NCBI GenBank assembly: GCA_905178155.1
Contig: CAJINV010000020.1
Span: forward strand, 682,001 to 746,000
Direction: 5' to 3'
Source: Amoebophrya sp. A120
Taxonomy: Eukaryota; Protista; Dinoflagellata
Length of the DNA stretch: 64,000 nt
Shown here: one piece after another, positions 11,792 through 23,776 of the stretch
Layout of the letters: each line of letters starts with the position of its first letter
How positions within the stretch are numbered: position 1 is the first letter of the stretch
Position numbers and translations under genes: made by a program
Notes under the pieces: generated by a model
Database searches by the model: none
The model's input: only the letters and a program-made list of their open reading frames with translations
What the model was told of the DNA's origin: nothing

Positions 11792-13411
11792 GATAGAGAA
11801 TTCATATTCATCTCCCCTGGCCGCGTTGCAGCGACAGCAGCACTTCTTGGTCCGTCTTGTCAATGAAGTTTTGTCCTGAAGCAAAGTGGTTGAACCCTAC
11901 AGGCAGAACATAAGTACAAGATCAAGTGCTCGCGTTATGATGAGCCTGGGCGAGGTTTTCTTTCCAAGAATTACACAAGAATAAGAAAACAAAAAGCAGG
12001 TGTGGTAACTAAATACAACAATTTTTATCGGATCAATTTTTATACGTGAGTAGGACTACTTCTACTTGTTCGCTCCGCTCCGAAGGGATGAAAGGGTTGA
12101 TATTTTTTTGCGGCATCAATTGAAGCGGAAAAAAAAAAACGCTTGCTTTTTTCCGAGAAAAGCTTGCTTTTTTCCGAGAAACTTTGCGTGCCTCAGCCTC
12201 AAGGTAGCGACACTACCCCCCCCTCTGATTTCTTCTACTTCGCGACATTATACTCTAAAGTTACCTTGAAATTGTCGTGCATGTTTCATCAACACCATGC
12301 ACCTGCCTCCGGCAACTTGTTTGAAGAAATTACCCTCTTTGAATTTGTTCGCGTTGTCAGATCTGGCAACCAAAGTGTGTTTTCGTCGTTCCTGGTTTAT
12401 TTCGTCTCGTAGTGCTTCGGGGGCAACCTCGAATGTCAGATCGTGAGCATGATCCAAATGGAAATGTCGTTGAGCAGGTTCCATTGATGATCAGGTTCCG
12501 CCGTACGAGAAGAGAACAAAATAAACCGAAAAAGAGTAAAATCAAGTATGCACCACAACTACTTCTTAACTTAGGTTAGTGATGACATTCTCGGCAATAT
12601 CACTGATTCTTGTTCCGTTTCCTTGTCCTTCAAAAAGTAGGGCACTATGAAAGTAATCGACCGCCAACGAAGGAAGTTCGGTCCGTTCATATAAAGATCC
12701 AGAGAGTAGTACGAACAGGAACAACACAGTCAATGATCGGTGCTGGTGGTGCAGTTGGAAAGAGATATGAATGTTTTCTCGGATGATCGATCCTCTTCAT
12801 CCCTTTTGCCTGCAGAGGTGGAGCATGTACATGTTCCGAGGAACAAATGTTCTTGATCCTGGTGAATCTCAATACCGATCTCCCAAAAGTACTAAGCAAG
12901 ATCAAGAAATCGCGCCAGTCTGAACTACCTCAAACAAATTTATACATTGTCTGCTAAGTTAAAGTTGTAGTTGCTGTGCTTTCACTTTCTCACGCCCTCC
13001 TCGGTAAAAACAAAGGGACCGCAACAACTCGTGACGATAATGTATGACGAGACTGCGCAGTGGGAAAATAATTTTTCTTCCACAAGCAGTGATGGTGACA
13101 GCCGCAGCACTTCCACTTTTACAACTCTATAAAAATTTCTTATCCCGAATCCACCACCGCAGACCGCTAGTACCTTCGTACCGGTCAAGTCCATTTGAGA
13201 CCGTCTCAAAGGCAAGCCTAATTATTAAGAGTAAACTTCTCTCCAACTTCACTGCCGCATTGTACCGCATAGTCCTAAACAAGAACTCCTCAAGCCGTGA
13301 ATACAACTTGAAATTTCTCGACTCCACCCACACGTCGACTGTCGAGCCATCAAGTTTATCGCTTTTTGCGCGCCAGCTAACGCAAAGTTTATTCGTTTAA
13401 TCAAGCAAAAA

Positions 13412-15054
13412 ATGGCACGGTGGGGCTCTATTTACCGTATGACCCCCGTGGTCGGTGGTGCGTTGCTGTCTTTTTTCTGGCAACTACACGGTGCGGGACT
13501 CGGAATGATCCCTGAAGTCGAGGCCACGCCTTCGTTGCGCAGTTCTGGACACCAGCCGCGCGGCTCTACTACACGCGACCGCCTTGTTTCGTTGCGCACT
13601 TCTGGACACGAGCCGCACTCTACTCCACCCGGCCGCCTCCCCCGTGACGAATGCGGAGGCGCCCTCTTGAGTTGTTTGTTTCGGCCGGAAAGAACGGGGG
13701 CGAACACATCGGACGACATCGAAGAGCGAGGGGCGGCTCAAGTGGACCCTCTGGCTTTGCGTCCTGCGCGTCGAAGTCGATCCGAGCAGGGGAGGGCAAA
13801 CCTTCCCCGGCGTCCGTGGAGAAATCTTCCCCTGGATGGTCCGGGTTGTTCTACGGCTGACAACATCACAAACGCAAACGCAAACTTGCACAGCATTTTG
13901 CACCTTGATCACGTGCGAAAGAGCATTGGGCAATACGCATATCCATATGTCGCTGCTGCACTCAGACCAAACAGCCCAGTACAACTATATTGGGGCGCCT
14001 TTGTGCGGTCCCGCCATTCGTCCAATTACCTCGACGACGATGGTCTCAGTCGAGGGGTCTTCCTCGTAATCTCCGGCTCGCGCGATCCCCAGGCTGCACT
14101 CCGGAAGGAGGGGTTGGTGCTGAAGGTTGGTCCTGAAGGTTTCACTGCGGAAGCAGGGGCTTGGACCAGAATCTTCCCCCCGCACCCCCCGCCCCGAAAC
14201 GGTATGCCGATGCTGGAACTGGTGCTGAGCACTGAAATTGTTTTGCGTACCGATGCACCACCTGTGTTCCGCGTCCAACCAGCTGGGGAAGAGAAAACTC
14301 CGATTGGTGACGAGAATACGCCCCTTATCTTGAGCAAAAACGTCGCCACCCCAGAGTTGTATATGCAAATCTGCGTGCTATAGCTATGATAAAACGCTTC
14401 TCATGCGAGGAGGGACCCATGAGAAGCATTTTCTCGTGGTGTTTTGCGATTTGTGATGCTCGAATCAGCATGATGCACTAGATCTGCGATGCTGCTGCTC
14501 TGCCTACCTCCTAAACAGAACTACATTGCGAGCCCAAATTTGTCATGCGCAACAACCAAAGGCTATTAATGTAATGAAGATTTTGAGTTTTCTAGCAGAT
14601 TTCCATTTCCCAAAAAAAAAAAAAAATTTCCCAACTTGACTATGGGGTGGGGACGTTTTTGCTCAGGACACCCCTCGAAGAGGTTACGGACTTGCAGAAG
14701 CAATTCCTCGTCGGTCTTGCCCGAAAAAATTGCGGTCGGTCTCGCGGCGCCGCACGCTGGCTCGACAATTATCATCAGCTTGTTCGGTCGGAGATGCCTT
14801 TGCCGAGGTGGGACCTCCTTCTCGAGGACATCCAGCGGGGGTGCAGGAGCCAAACCTGTCGATACTACTCTAACGCAGTGCGCTTTGCGACGGACTTCGC
14901 TGAATTTTCTCACACTGGGGAGGAGGGGTTGGGTCTGATGAACGCGAGTTACAATACTTCGATGCCAGCAGGAAATGCTACCCATCTCAGTTTTCGTCGA
15001 TGCGAGAGTGACTCGCTGGAGGCAGATCGGCACGAGCACACATTTATTGTTTGA
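13412..15054 (+). CDS. Hypothetical protein with signal-peptide-like N-terminus, 2 exons
   Basis: ORF 13412-14325 joins ORF ..15054 in frame across introner 14326-14670 (NTPL|EEVTDLQ). Short internal duplication (SLRSSGHQPR/SLRTSGHEPH). Confidence 0.7.
14326..14670. mobile_element. TIR introner, family D (TAT..ACA)
   Basis: Perfect DR cccct; TIR tatcttgagcaaaaacgtcgccacccca / tggggtggggacgtttttgctcaggaca. Confidence 0.9.
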
Positions 15055-17569
15055 TTAAGCACCCGTTATACGTAGTAACCACACACACTGTAGTTGTGTT
15101 TTGTGCTGTTATTTATCATCCTAATTATAATGTAGAAGATGAATCATGAATCACGATTATATTTGGCGGGCATGGAGTTGGTTTTCCGGCCGGATCATGT
15201 GAAAAAAGTCACAGGAGATGACGGACCACGGACCACGCGTGCTAATTGTATACGTTGCAGCAGGTAGCCTGGAACGTACCTCAACACTTGAGTACACCGG
15301 AGAAGGGGGGGAGCTAGCTACCTCAACACTTGTACAACTCTCCGGTGTACTTCAACCACTCCTGTAACCGGCATTTATTTGCACTTTTCATTTGCTGGAG
15401 GAACAAGCAGAACACTCAGAGCGAGTAGTTTCCCTCTGAAAATCTTCGCGTTTTGTTTCTTCAACATAGTCTAGAAGCAAGAGTTTACCGCTCCGAAATA
15501 ATTCAGCCGTTTGGAAAAAAAAAAAGATCTTTTCTTGCGGGCTGTGTGCATTTTTTGCTTTTGGCAATTTTATTCTTTTTGTAATGGGCGCCGAGGCCGA
15601 CGTATTCCATACTGCTGCGTTTTCTGATGCTGGTAGGCTGGCGGATGTGATGAACGCGAGTCTGCGAGTTTTGGTACATGGCGAATTAGGCGGCCAACGC
15701 TGATAGTTCAAAGTTTCGGAATTTCGGTGCATACTGTAGCATCATTTCCGACTTCGCAAAAACCCAACTGCGTACGTGCTGGCGTATTCATATTTATAGT
15801 AAGATGCTCTGCGGGTGCGGAGCAGGCGCCTCTCCTCTAACAATTCTGTTTTTTTTGAACCCCTTCTGTTGGTGCTTCCTCTACGGATGAATTTATCAAA
15901 AAGGCAGACGCAGACAAAAAATATTTTTGCCGCTGTCTGTTCGTAATAGTCAAATGAAGGAGAAGGAGAAGCATGTACTTTTTCTCATTCGTATACTATT
16001 GAGTACGCATGGACTTCGTAGAAAAGATTATAGACATATGATCCGGATGCATCAAGCACCCGAAGACGCCGCCCGGCGCGGAATTTTTGCCGCGAGGAAA
16101 GTCCTCGCCCGGATCCTCCCGAAAGTGCCACAATGAGGAAGAGCATTCAAGATTGTCATTGTATGCAAAGCAATAATGTATTGCTGTATACATATACAAC
16201 CAATACCAATACGACCACTGCACAGCAAGCACAAGCAGAAGCATTGCGATAGTATGTTTGGCGCCGCGACACGGAAAAAGTTCAAATGTTGATCCACCAG
16301 CACACGGGAGAAACGTAAACGGAAGAGATCGATCCACAGAGCACGGTCTTGGCAAAGAATGAAACATCGGTCAAAGAATGAAACATAGATCACCAGTGTG
16401 GAGGACAAATGGATGTCTTGCCGTCATGGAGGTCATGAGGTCGAGGACCCAGCTGGACGATCGTGCTGCAAAGCTTCTTGATTGGACAGAAAATAAGCGA
16501 TCGGCCGCGATCACGAAAAATAGAAATCTACCCTAGGAGAGGAGATCCACTTGGATTGTCATTGTGAAAGAGTGATTTTCTACTTCATCGATCTCCTTCG
16601 TGAAAGAAATATTAAATCGTTCAGATGAAAGCAGAAATTGGAATTGCTTCGCCTTGAGGTGGTACCTCCAGGCGAAGCAAACCACCGTGGTCAGCATAAA
16701 GTACATCATACGTTCTCCTTCTTTATTTCATGGAAAATCGATCGCAAAGTCGCAAGATGATCTTGTTCTTGTCGTGTGCCATTTTGTAATTTCTCGGTGA
16801 ATATTTGGCGGATCTTTTTGAATGATTTGGTTTCACATCTGTCGGCTTTTGATACAGGGACCACGACCGCGACACGGGCTATTTTCTTAGTTTGTTGACG
16901 TATGCTATTCTATCTCACTTGATGACGAATAAAGCGAACAAAGCGTCGACATTGATAGAAGCACGAAAAGAAGTAGAAGAAGAGGTGCGTAGTTATTCCT
17001 GCATAGATTTAGAGTTAGATGTAAAGAAAAAGAACACGACTATTAAAGACTCATTGACAGTCTCCGACAGTCCTGCTATAGTACTTTCATCAAGCGAGGA
17101 GCAAAAAGCGGAAAAAAGTGGCAAGAGCCACTTCTACACGAAACTTGTGCGCACCCGATCAAACCAGCGCGAGGTGCTGGTCAGCAATTTTCTATTACCT
17201 GGTGCCCAAGCAGCTTCTACTTCCCCCTGCTTCCCGCGAGAACTCCGGAGCGCAGGAGAGCGTCAAGCAGCTTTGAATGTTAAATACCCCGACTTTGCTG
17301 GTGTTGCGGAAGAGCAGGAGATAAGTTGCAGGCCAGGAGATTATAAAACATCGGGATCATCATACTCCTCTTCGTCCGACCGTGGGTCGTTTGGCGGGCG
17401 TCCAGACTCGGCGCAGGCATGCAGACGTCGAGGCCTTTGTAGGAAAAACATCAGCGAACAAGAAGTAGATCAACAGGAAGAGCAGGTGTCTTTTAGTGGT
17501 TCAGAAACGACTTGTTCCAAAGCACAACGTGAAGAAGAATTATTATCCACCGCCACGACACCAACCACA

Positions 17570-18725
17570 ATGGTGTACTTCATTTGCCAGGGGTGCCAGG
17601 AGACGCTGAAGAAGCCGGCGGTCAAGAAGCACCTGCAGACGCGATGCTGGGGCGCGAGTATGACTTGCGTGGACTGCTTCGTCTGTTTCACGGGCGACAG
17701 CTGGGAGAAGCACACCAGCTGCATCTCGGAAGAGAAAAAGTTTCACGGCGCGCTCTACTGCGAAAAGGCGGACAAACTACCCAAGGGACAGCAGAAACAG
17801 GAGGGGTGGACGGCGAACTTGCAGAAAGCACTGGAATTCAGCAGGGGTGGCAGGGTCGAAAAGTGGATGGAGAAAATTGTACTTCTACACGAGCTTTCTA
17901 TTCATCTTGCCTACTTTCTGTTTGATGCGAAAAGTTGGTCGTAGTGTTCATGATTTTCGTATTGTAGTTTTCTGGAACTACGCGGCAGACAGACGAGCTA
18001 CACTAGTAGTTTGGCGCAGCGGGGCGGGGGCCGGGGGCAGCCACCTGCTCCTGCTTTTTACGTTTCATTCATCGACCACGCTGCGCCGAGCCCTATGTGT
18101 TGCCGGACTTTATAGTTTCAGCAGTGAAATAGTAATAGAAATTGAAAAACATTGCGCCGACAATAGCTAGAAGTTTGCTAATTTACTTTGACCTCTATTG
18201 TGTTTACGCCCCAAGAAGAGGAAGAGCGTACTCTGTCGAAAAACCGAATTTATATCCATTATGCCAAAAACTTCTACTCTACTGCAGGTTACTTACGACA
18301 ACGTGCCGCGAAAACGACCCGGCTTTGCCAATTTCGTGAAGAATTCTTGTAGAATACAAGACGATAAGCTGATTTCCGAGATGTGGGCGCTGATTGAAAA
18401 AGCCAACGCCAAGGAGCCGAAGTCTGCAGATGGTACTACAACTTCGAAGGACGGCGCGACAACCGGTTCTGCGGGTGGTGCCAGCATTTCGAAAAAGCGC
18501 GGTCGGTGGCTTGGCTGGGAGAAGGAGATTGACCTCACGCTTCTCGAGAACGGCGGCGCTATGGCCTGGAGCGACCTCGCCGAACAGCTGGCGCAGCGCT
18601 ACGAAGAGCAGAGCGCGCAGGGCGTCGTGAAAAAAAGAAAGCGCTGCGTCCTGGCTGACCTCGTGCTCAGCAACGTACCTGAAAAGTACCTGAGCACGGA
18701 GTGCACAGAAGTCAGGAAATGCTAG
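17570..18725 (+). CDS. LYAR: LYAR-type C2HC zinc-finger nucleolar protein
   Basis: MVYFICQGCQETLKKPAVKKH..C..MTCVDC..F....HTSCISE, then YDNVPRK. GT-AG intron 17879-18287. Confidence 0.9.
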
Positions 18726-19645
18726 TGGGACGACGGGGGTTTCTTCATCTTCTATGATAAAAATTCGCTTCATCCAAGAAGAGATGGAAATGCAGTGCGG
18801 TGTTGATAATATAAAATGCATAGAGAATAAATCATGAACGCACAGCATGAACATAAAGTAGACATACCGTAAGCCGTTCAACAAGCAGTTTCCATGAACG
18901 TCGCTCCGAGCGGTGTCAGGAAGGCTAAACGTAAACGTGACCACTCGGTATTTTCTTTCGAGTTGATATAGCCGTTTTCGTCGATTGCCCAGATCAAGAG
19001 TTCCATTGTAACACCGCAACATAGATCGCAAATGAATAATGAGTTTGAGCTGGAACAACAACCTGCTGCAAACCGATCAGTGTGCGCAGGCTCGTACCAG
19101 CACGGACGACCAAAAAAACGATCTGGATGTGGAGATCCTGATGCTAGGAAAAATACGGTGAATCGGTGGATCCAATTGGAATTGCAGTCCCCCCGCCCCG
19201 ATACAAAAAAACGAGAAGAAATGTAAATGATCATAGCAAAACCAGAAGCGCCTCTGCTCCGCAAAGTTCAGTCCACTGTTGTTGAAGGTCGAAAACCGCC
19301 GGCTTACGCGCTTTTTGCCGATCTATCTTTCTTGTGTAAACAACTTCAGCATGATTTCAATCCTGATTTCAATTTGTCAAACTTCCAGCAGCGGCAGATG
19401 GGTGGAAACGCAGATGCATATTGAGTTGTACGCAGCAGGACAAGTTGTGTTTATATATACAATACATAGTTTAATACCTCTTCAAAAATTTCATACCGTC
19501 GCAAACACAACCGATAGAAACAAATCAAACTGAAACACGACCGAAGAGAAAGCAAAGCAGCGCTCGTCGTCCTTAACGACCTCACAGGAACATACCGGAA
19601 GTACTTGTTTACTAGATTTCTTTTGCGCGTCGTCGAAAAGAAAAA

Positions 19646-20476
19646 ATGCAGCCGGCTACTTCTAACACACCCGCAAGCGACGTCGATGAGCCCAAAACCG
19701 TATATATCGACGGTAAGATGGTTGAGGTGACGCCCGTGCCGGGGTCGGATGGGCAAAAAGTGACCATCAACGGGCAGGAATTTGATATCCGGGACATACA
19801 CAACGACACTGCGACGGCGGCGACCGCGTTCTTTCCGCACAACGACGAAGAGATTTCCGTGGAAGAAACCTTCGAGGAGTGCTTCATCAATGACTGCCGC
19901 TTTGGCGAGCTCGAGGACGTGAAGCAAACGCTTGTGGAAAACCCAGACAAAACCATCCACAGGCACCTGGTGAACGCGCAGAACGAGAAAAAGCAAACTG
20001 CGTTGATGATGGCGGCCAGCAACGGGCACGCGGACATTGTGGACCTTCTGCTGCAAATCGACGGGATCGACCTCACCTTGCAGAACGAGGAAGGCAGCAC
20101 GGCCCTGCACTGGGCCGCATTCATGGGGCGGAAACAGATCTGCGCGAAAATTTGCGCGCGCCTGCCCAAGATAAAGGACCTCACACCTAGTACAACAGGA
20201 GCCGGGGCGGGCGACGAAAATGAGGAGGACGAAGACGAGAAAGAGGTGTTGCAAAACGTGGCGAATTTGTTTAACAACCGGAACAAAAAACCCTTCGATG
20301 TCGCATTTGAGAAAAACTACACCGGGGTGTGCGAAGTCCTGGCAGAGTACACAAACTTCAAATACTGCAGCCCCGAACCCGACGAGGAAACAGACAAAAA
20401 CTACAGAATTACACCCGGCATGGGCGGTAGTGGTACTGGCGGGAATAATATTAACGCGGGTGCTGGGGGTGCGTGA
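19646..20476 (+). CDS. Ankyrin-repeat protein, Yar1-like
   Basis: DCRFGELEDVK, QTALMMAASNGHADIV, NEEGSTALHWAA, NKKPFDVA; single exon. Confidence 0.85.
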   Translation: MQPATSNTPASDVDEPKTVYIDGKMVEVTPVPGSDGQKVTINGQEFDIRDIHNDTATAATAFFPHNDEEISVEETFEECFINDCRFGELEDVKQTLVENPDKTIHRHLVNAQNEKKQTALMMAASNGHADIVDLLLQIDGIDLTLQNEEGSTALHWAAFMGRKQICAKICARLPKIKDLTPSTTGAGAGDENEEDEDEKEVLQNVANLFNNRNKKPFDVAFEKNYTGVCEVLAEYTNFKYCSPEPDEETDKNYRITPGMGGSGTGGNNINAGAGGA

Positions 20477-21373
20477 TTTGTTTTCCTGTGTTGAAGATTT
20501 TTCCCCCTGCCTGCGTGGTAGGTTTGCGGCGTGATCGTGAAGTAGTTGAAAAGCAAAAGATAAGAAGTGCCGCCTTTATTTGAATTTGATGGAGGTCGTA
20601 CCTTCTGCAGTCTATACTTCACTCATTTGCCAAGAACAGACGGCGCCTTGAGGATGTTGTTCCGTGCATACGTTTATACATATCACTGTACACAACTGGT
20701 TTGAAGAAGCTCTTGTAGAACGATGAACGCTACTTCTCGTTTTTGGTGGCGCTTTGTATCAGTGTTCCGTGCAACATGCATGGTGCAAGATCCGAATCCC
20801 ATCTGTTGATGGACGTGGATCCCTAGTTTTGATACCGGTGAGATCACTTTATGCAGCTGAGCTGCAGCCGCTGCTACGAACGCACTCGAAAAATGAGGGC
20901 GAGAAAGCAAAAGCGAGACGGTCATCTCTGGAATCTTTGTTGCTCTGTGCTGCAAGAAATGCTTATGCTACAATTACCAAGGATCAAAAGCAAATAAGAT
21001 CTCGAAGATAGGAGTTCATTCAGCAGCACCCAAGATTCCCTCCGCACTTATCTTCTTATGCTTAAGCCTCGGTGTCATTCTTCTGTCTCTGTAGAAAACG
21101 ATACAGGCGACCCGGCGGTTTTATGCCCGCATTTACAACCATACTTCGACGAGGTTTGTAGTAGCATTAGAACTTTAGCTATCAGTAACGCTCGTCGAGG
21201 ATCATGATGAATTTTACCGATTCGGTTTCTGCCTCTGACTGTCGCATAATTCTCAGGCATTCATTGGCCACGGCGAGAGGTAGAGGTTAATTCTCATCCT
21301 GTAAAGATTTGTACTAAAAGTCATTGGCATTTCCATTTCCACTTCTCATCTATCATTATCAAAACACAAAATA

Positions 21374-23023
21374 ATGGGCAACTGGAAGAAGCGCAACGAG
21401 GCCAAGCGGCAGCGTACCTTGGAAAATGCCCGCTTGGCGACACTGGATGTAGTTGAAAAAGAAAAAAACAAAGCGGGGCTTTCTACCGTCGAATCAAATC
21501 TTTCACCCGGCGCCAAGAATGGAGCGGGCGGTGAGGTGAATGAGAACAATGTCGGGCCACATGAAGATCAGCATGATAGACACGACCTCCACAGCAGGTG
21601 TAGTGACGACGGCGGTATCCAATTTGAGAGCCTCGCACTTGACGCTGCTCTTCTAAAAACCCTTCGCACGCTGGATCGGTTTCATTGCGCCGGGTGCAGC
21701 AGCCGGGCCAGCGTGTTTTGCCCGAAATGTCTGACCCTGGACAGCCGGCTGTACCGGAAGATGGCTACCGAAGTTGCGCTGGAAAGCGCGCAATTCCCCA
21801 TCAAGTTGCACATCATCACGCACCCAGGGGAAAAGCTGCAGAAGTCCAGCGTCGCCGGGTTGAAGTTCTTGTGTCGAGAGTACTACCAAAACGGGTGGAT
21901 TCAGAGCAGCGATGAACAAATGAGGGAGGTGGATGAAACACCGGTGCCCCAGGCCGAAACAAGAAAGCGCTTCTCGTGTTGGGATTACAATATGGACCTT
22001 CGCGACGTTGTGGACGGTTCCTGTTCGAAGGATGTCAGGCCGAATATTGTCCGTGCTGACGGCAAGAAGATGAGGAAGATCCAAACGGACAAGCTCCCGT
22101 GGATCACCACGAGTTTGTTTCTGACCGAAGAAGAACTACAGGAGGGCAATAAGACCAAGAACGAATCGCCCTCCATGTTTTCCTCGACAAGAGAATTCTT
22201 CGAACTTGTAGACCTAGACGATTGCGTCCTGCTGTTTCCGGAGGATGACGTGGGAGATTCAGCCGCGTGGGACGACGGTATTAGCGCAAGAACGTTTTCA
22301 AGAAATGGTAGCTTTTGTCCGGGAGGTCGTGGTGCTGTGCGTGGACCAGATGGGAAAGAACCTAAGTCGGAGATTGTTTCAGCGCAAAACGACCGAAATA
22401 ACAGCTCTGAAGCTGCTGCCACGGAAGGTGGTGGAGAGTTCAGTAGTTCATCCCTTACTAGTCAAAAACCTAAAATCGCGATTTTGATCGATAGTACGTG
22501 GTTCCAGACAGAAAAAATATTGCAGTCCTTGCCCCAGGGTTTAAGAAAGTACGGGCTAAAGAGTCACACAACGCGGTTCTGGCGGCACCACGGACGCGTG
22601 CAGGATCAGGGTCTCACGGAAAAACATCTGAGCACGGTGGAAGCGGCCTATTTCTGTGTGCGGCAAATGTGGCTAGAAGATGAACAGCGGCTTGCTTGCT
22701 GTGAGCAGGGGACGACAGACGAGGTGGAACTGGACGTCGAGGGCCTGCTGGTCAGCACAGAGAACAAAATAGAAGCGGGTGAAACTTATCAAAAAAAGTT
22801 TGTTCTGACTTCTTCTGCTGCAGGCGGTGATGTTGAAAAGAACACATTAGTGCAAGGCTGTAAAAAAAGGTCTTCCGGCATCAGAACTGCAGATGAAAAA
22901 TCATCTTTCGAAAGTAGCATGATAGGCAGGTTTGATAACATGCTTCTGTGGTTCGCGCACCAGCACTCAGTAATCGAGCAAAACAGAATAAAAACACGAA
23001 GAGAAAAAGCCATGAAGCAGTGA
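21374..23023 (+). CDS. DTW-domain protein (tRNA-uridine aminocarboxypropyltransferase, DTWD1-like)
   Basis: CxxC..FCPKC, IITHPGEK..KSS, LLFP, ILIDSTW, TRFWRH, LSTVEA, FDNMLLWF. Confidence 0.88.
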   Translation: MGNWKKRNEAKRQRTLENARLATLDVVEKEKNKAGLSTVESNLSPGAKNGAGGEVNENNVGPHEDQHDRHDLHSRCSDDGGIQFESLALDAALLKTLRTLDRFHCAGCSSRASVFCPKCLTLDSRLYRKMATEVALESAQFPIKLHIITHPGEKLQKSSVAGLKFLCREYYQNGWIQSSDEQMREVDETPVPQAETRKRFSCWDYNMDLRDVVDGSCSKDVRPNIVRADGKKMRKIQTDKLPWITTSLFLTEEELQEGNKTKNESPSMFSSTREFFELVDLDDCVLLFPEDDVGDSAAWDDGISARTFSRNGSFCPGGRGAVRGPDGKEPKSEIVSAQNDRNNSSEAAATEGGGEFSSSSLTSQKPKIAILIDSTWFQTEKILQSLPQGLRKYGLKSHTTRFWRHHGRVQDQGLTEKHLSTVEAAYFCVRQMWLEDEQRLACCEQGTTDEVELDVEGLLVSTENKIEAGETYQKKFVLTSSAAGGDVEKNTLVQGCKKRSSGIRTADEKSSFESSMIGRFDNMLLWFAHQHSVIEQNRIKTRREKAMKQ

Positions 23024-23776
23024 CAGGGAAAGCAACTTCGTATCTAAAACACATTTACAACTGTCGTGTATACGAATTTCATTCTCAGTTGTAGCATGAA
23101 GACATACTCAAAGAAATTGCCTTGGCATGAAAATGACCACGATCATCAATCCTTGGTCGTGTCCTGAGGATAATCAAGAAATAAGCGACTACGACTCCAG
23201 TATAGCATAGCGAAAATTGTAATTTACACAGCGAATAAATTATAAACACAGATCCATATAATTAGTGTGAGTGTCGAAGAACCTCCCCAATCTCTTGCTT
23301 TCGCCGGCTTTCGCTGCCCCTTAGTAGCAGACCGAAGTTGTTCGCAGTCGGAGTGTGGACGTGGTGCTTCGTGTTTCATACTTACAACAGAGCTTACAGC
23401 TCATCCGAGAGTGGTGCGCGTCGAGAGATCCAAATGTGAAAGTGTGAAAAAAATCGAACTGTCTGCTGTTCGTTATCTGATTCATTGGGTGTGAGAGAGA
23501 GCGACACCAAAAATTCTGTTGCTGTGTGAAAGCAAAGCAAGGGTAAGGAAGAGTGTCGAGCCTCGTCATCAAAGACAAAGTCGACTTGGTGCGGGTTTAG
23601 GTAGTATGATGGAGTCTATATTTGGCACTTGCATCTGGTCGACTGCGGAAGACCCTCTACATTTTTAGAGCAGCCGGGGTGTTTGTGTTTCTGCTTTCGC
23701 TAGGCCTGTCGAAATATATCCCTTCTTGGTGTATATCGTTGTCGTGTTGTTGAATAAACCTAAAGCCTCGTACAAA

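Noticed and set aside
12059-12240. 9-bp direct repeat cttctactt around a 21-bp tandem duplication
   Set aside because: No terminal inverted repeats or other copies in the window; insufficient evidence for a mobile element.
16161-16256. Possible intergenic or minus-strand introner (gtatg repeat, tat..ata)
   Set aside because: No convincing TIR and no coherent host frame on removal, so it was not counted.
16892-17569. N-terminal extension of the LYAR ORF
   Set aside because: The ORF call starts at TTG, and LYAR homologues begin at the MVxF motif (ATG 17570). An upstream start cannot be fully excluded.
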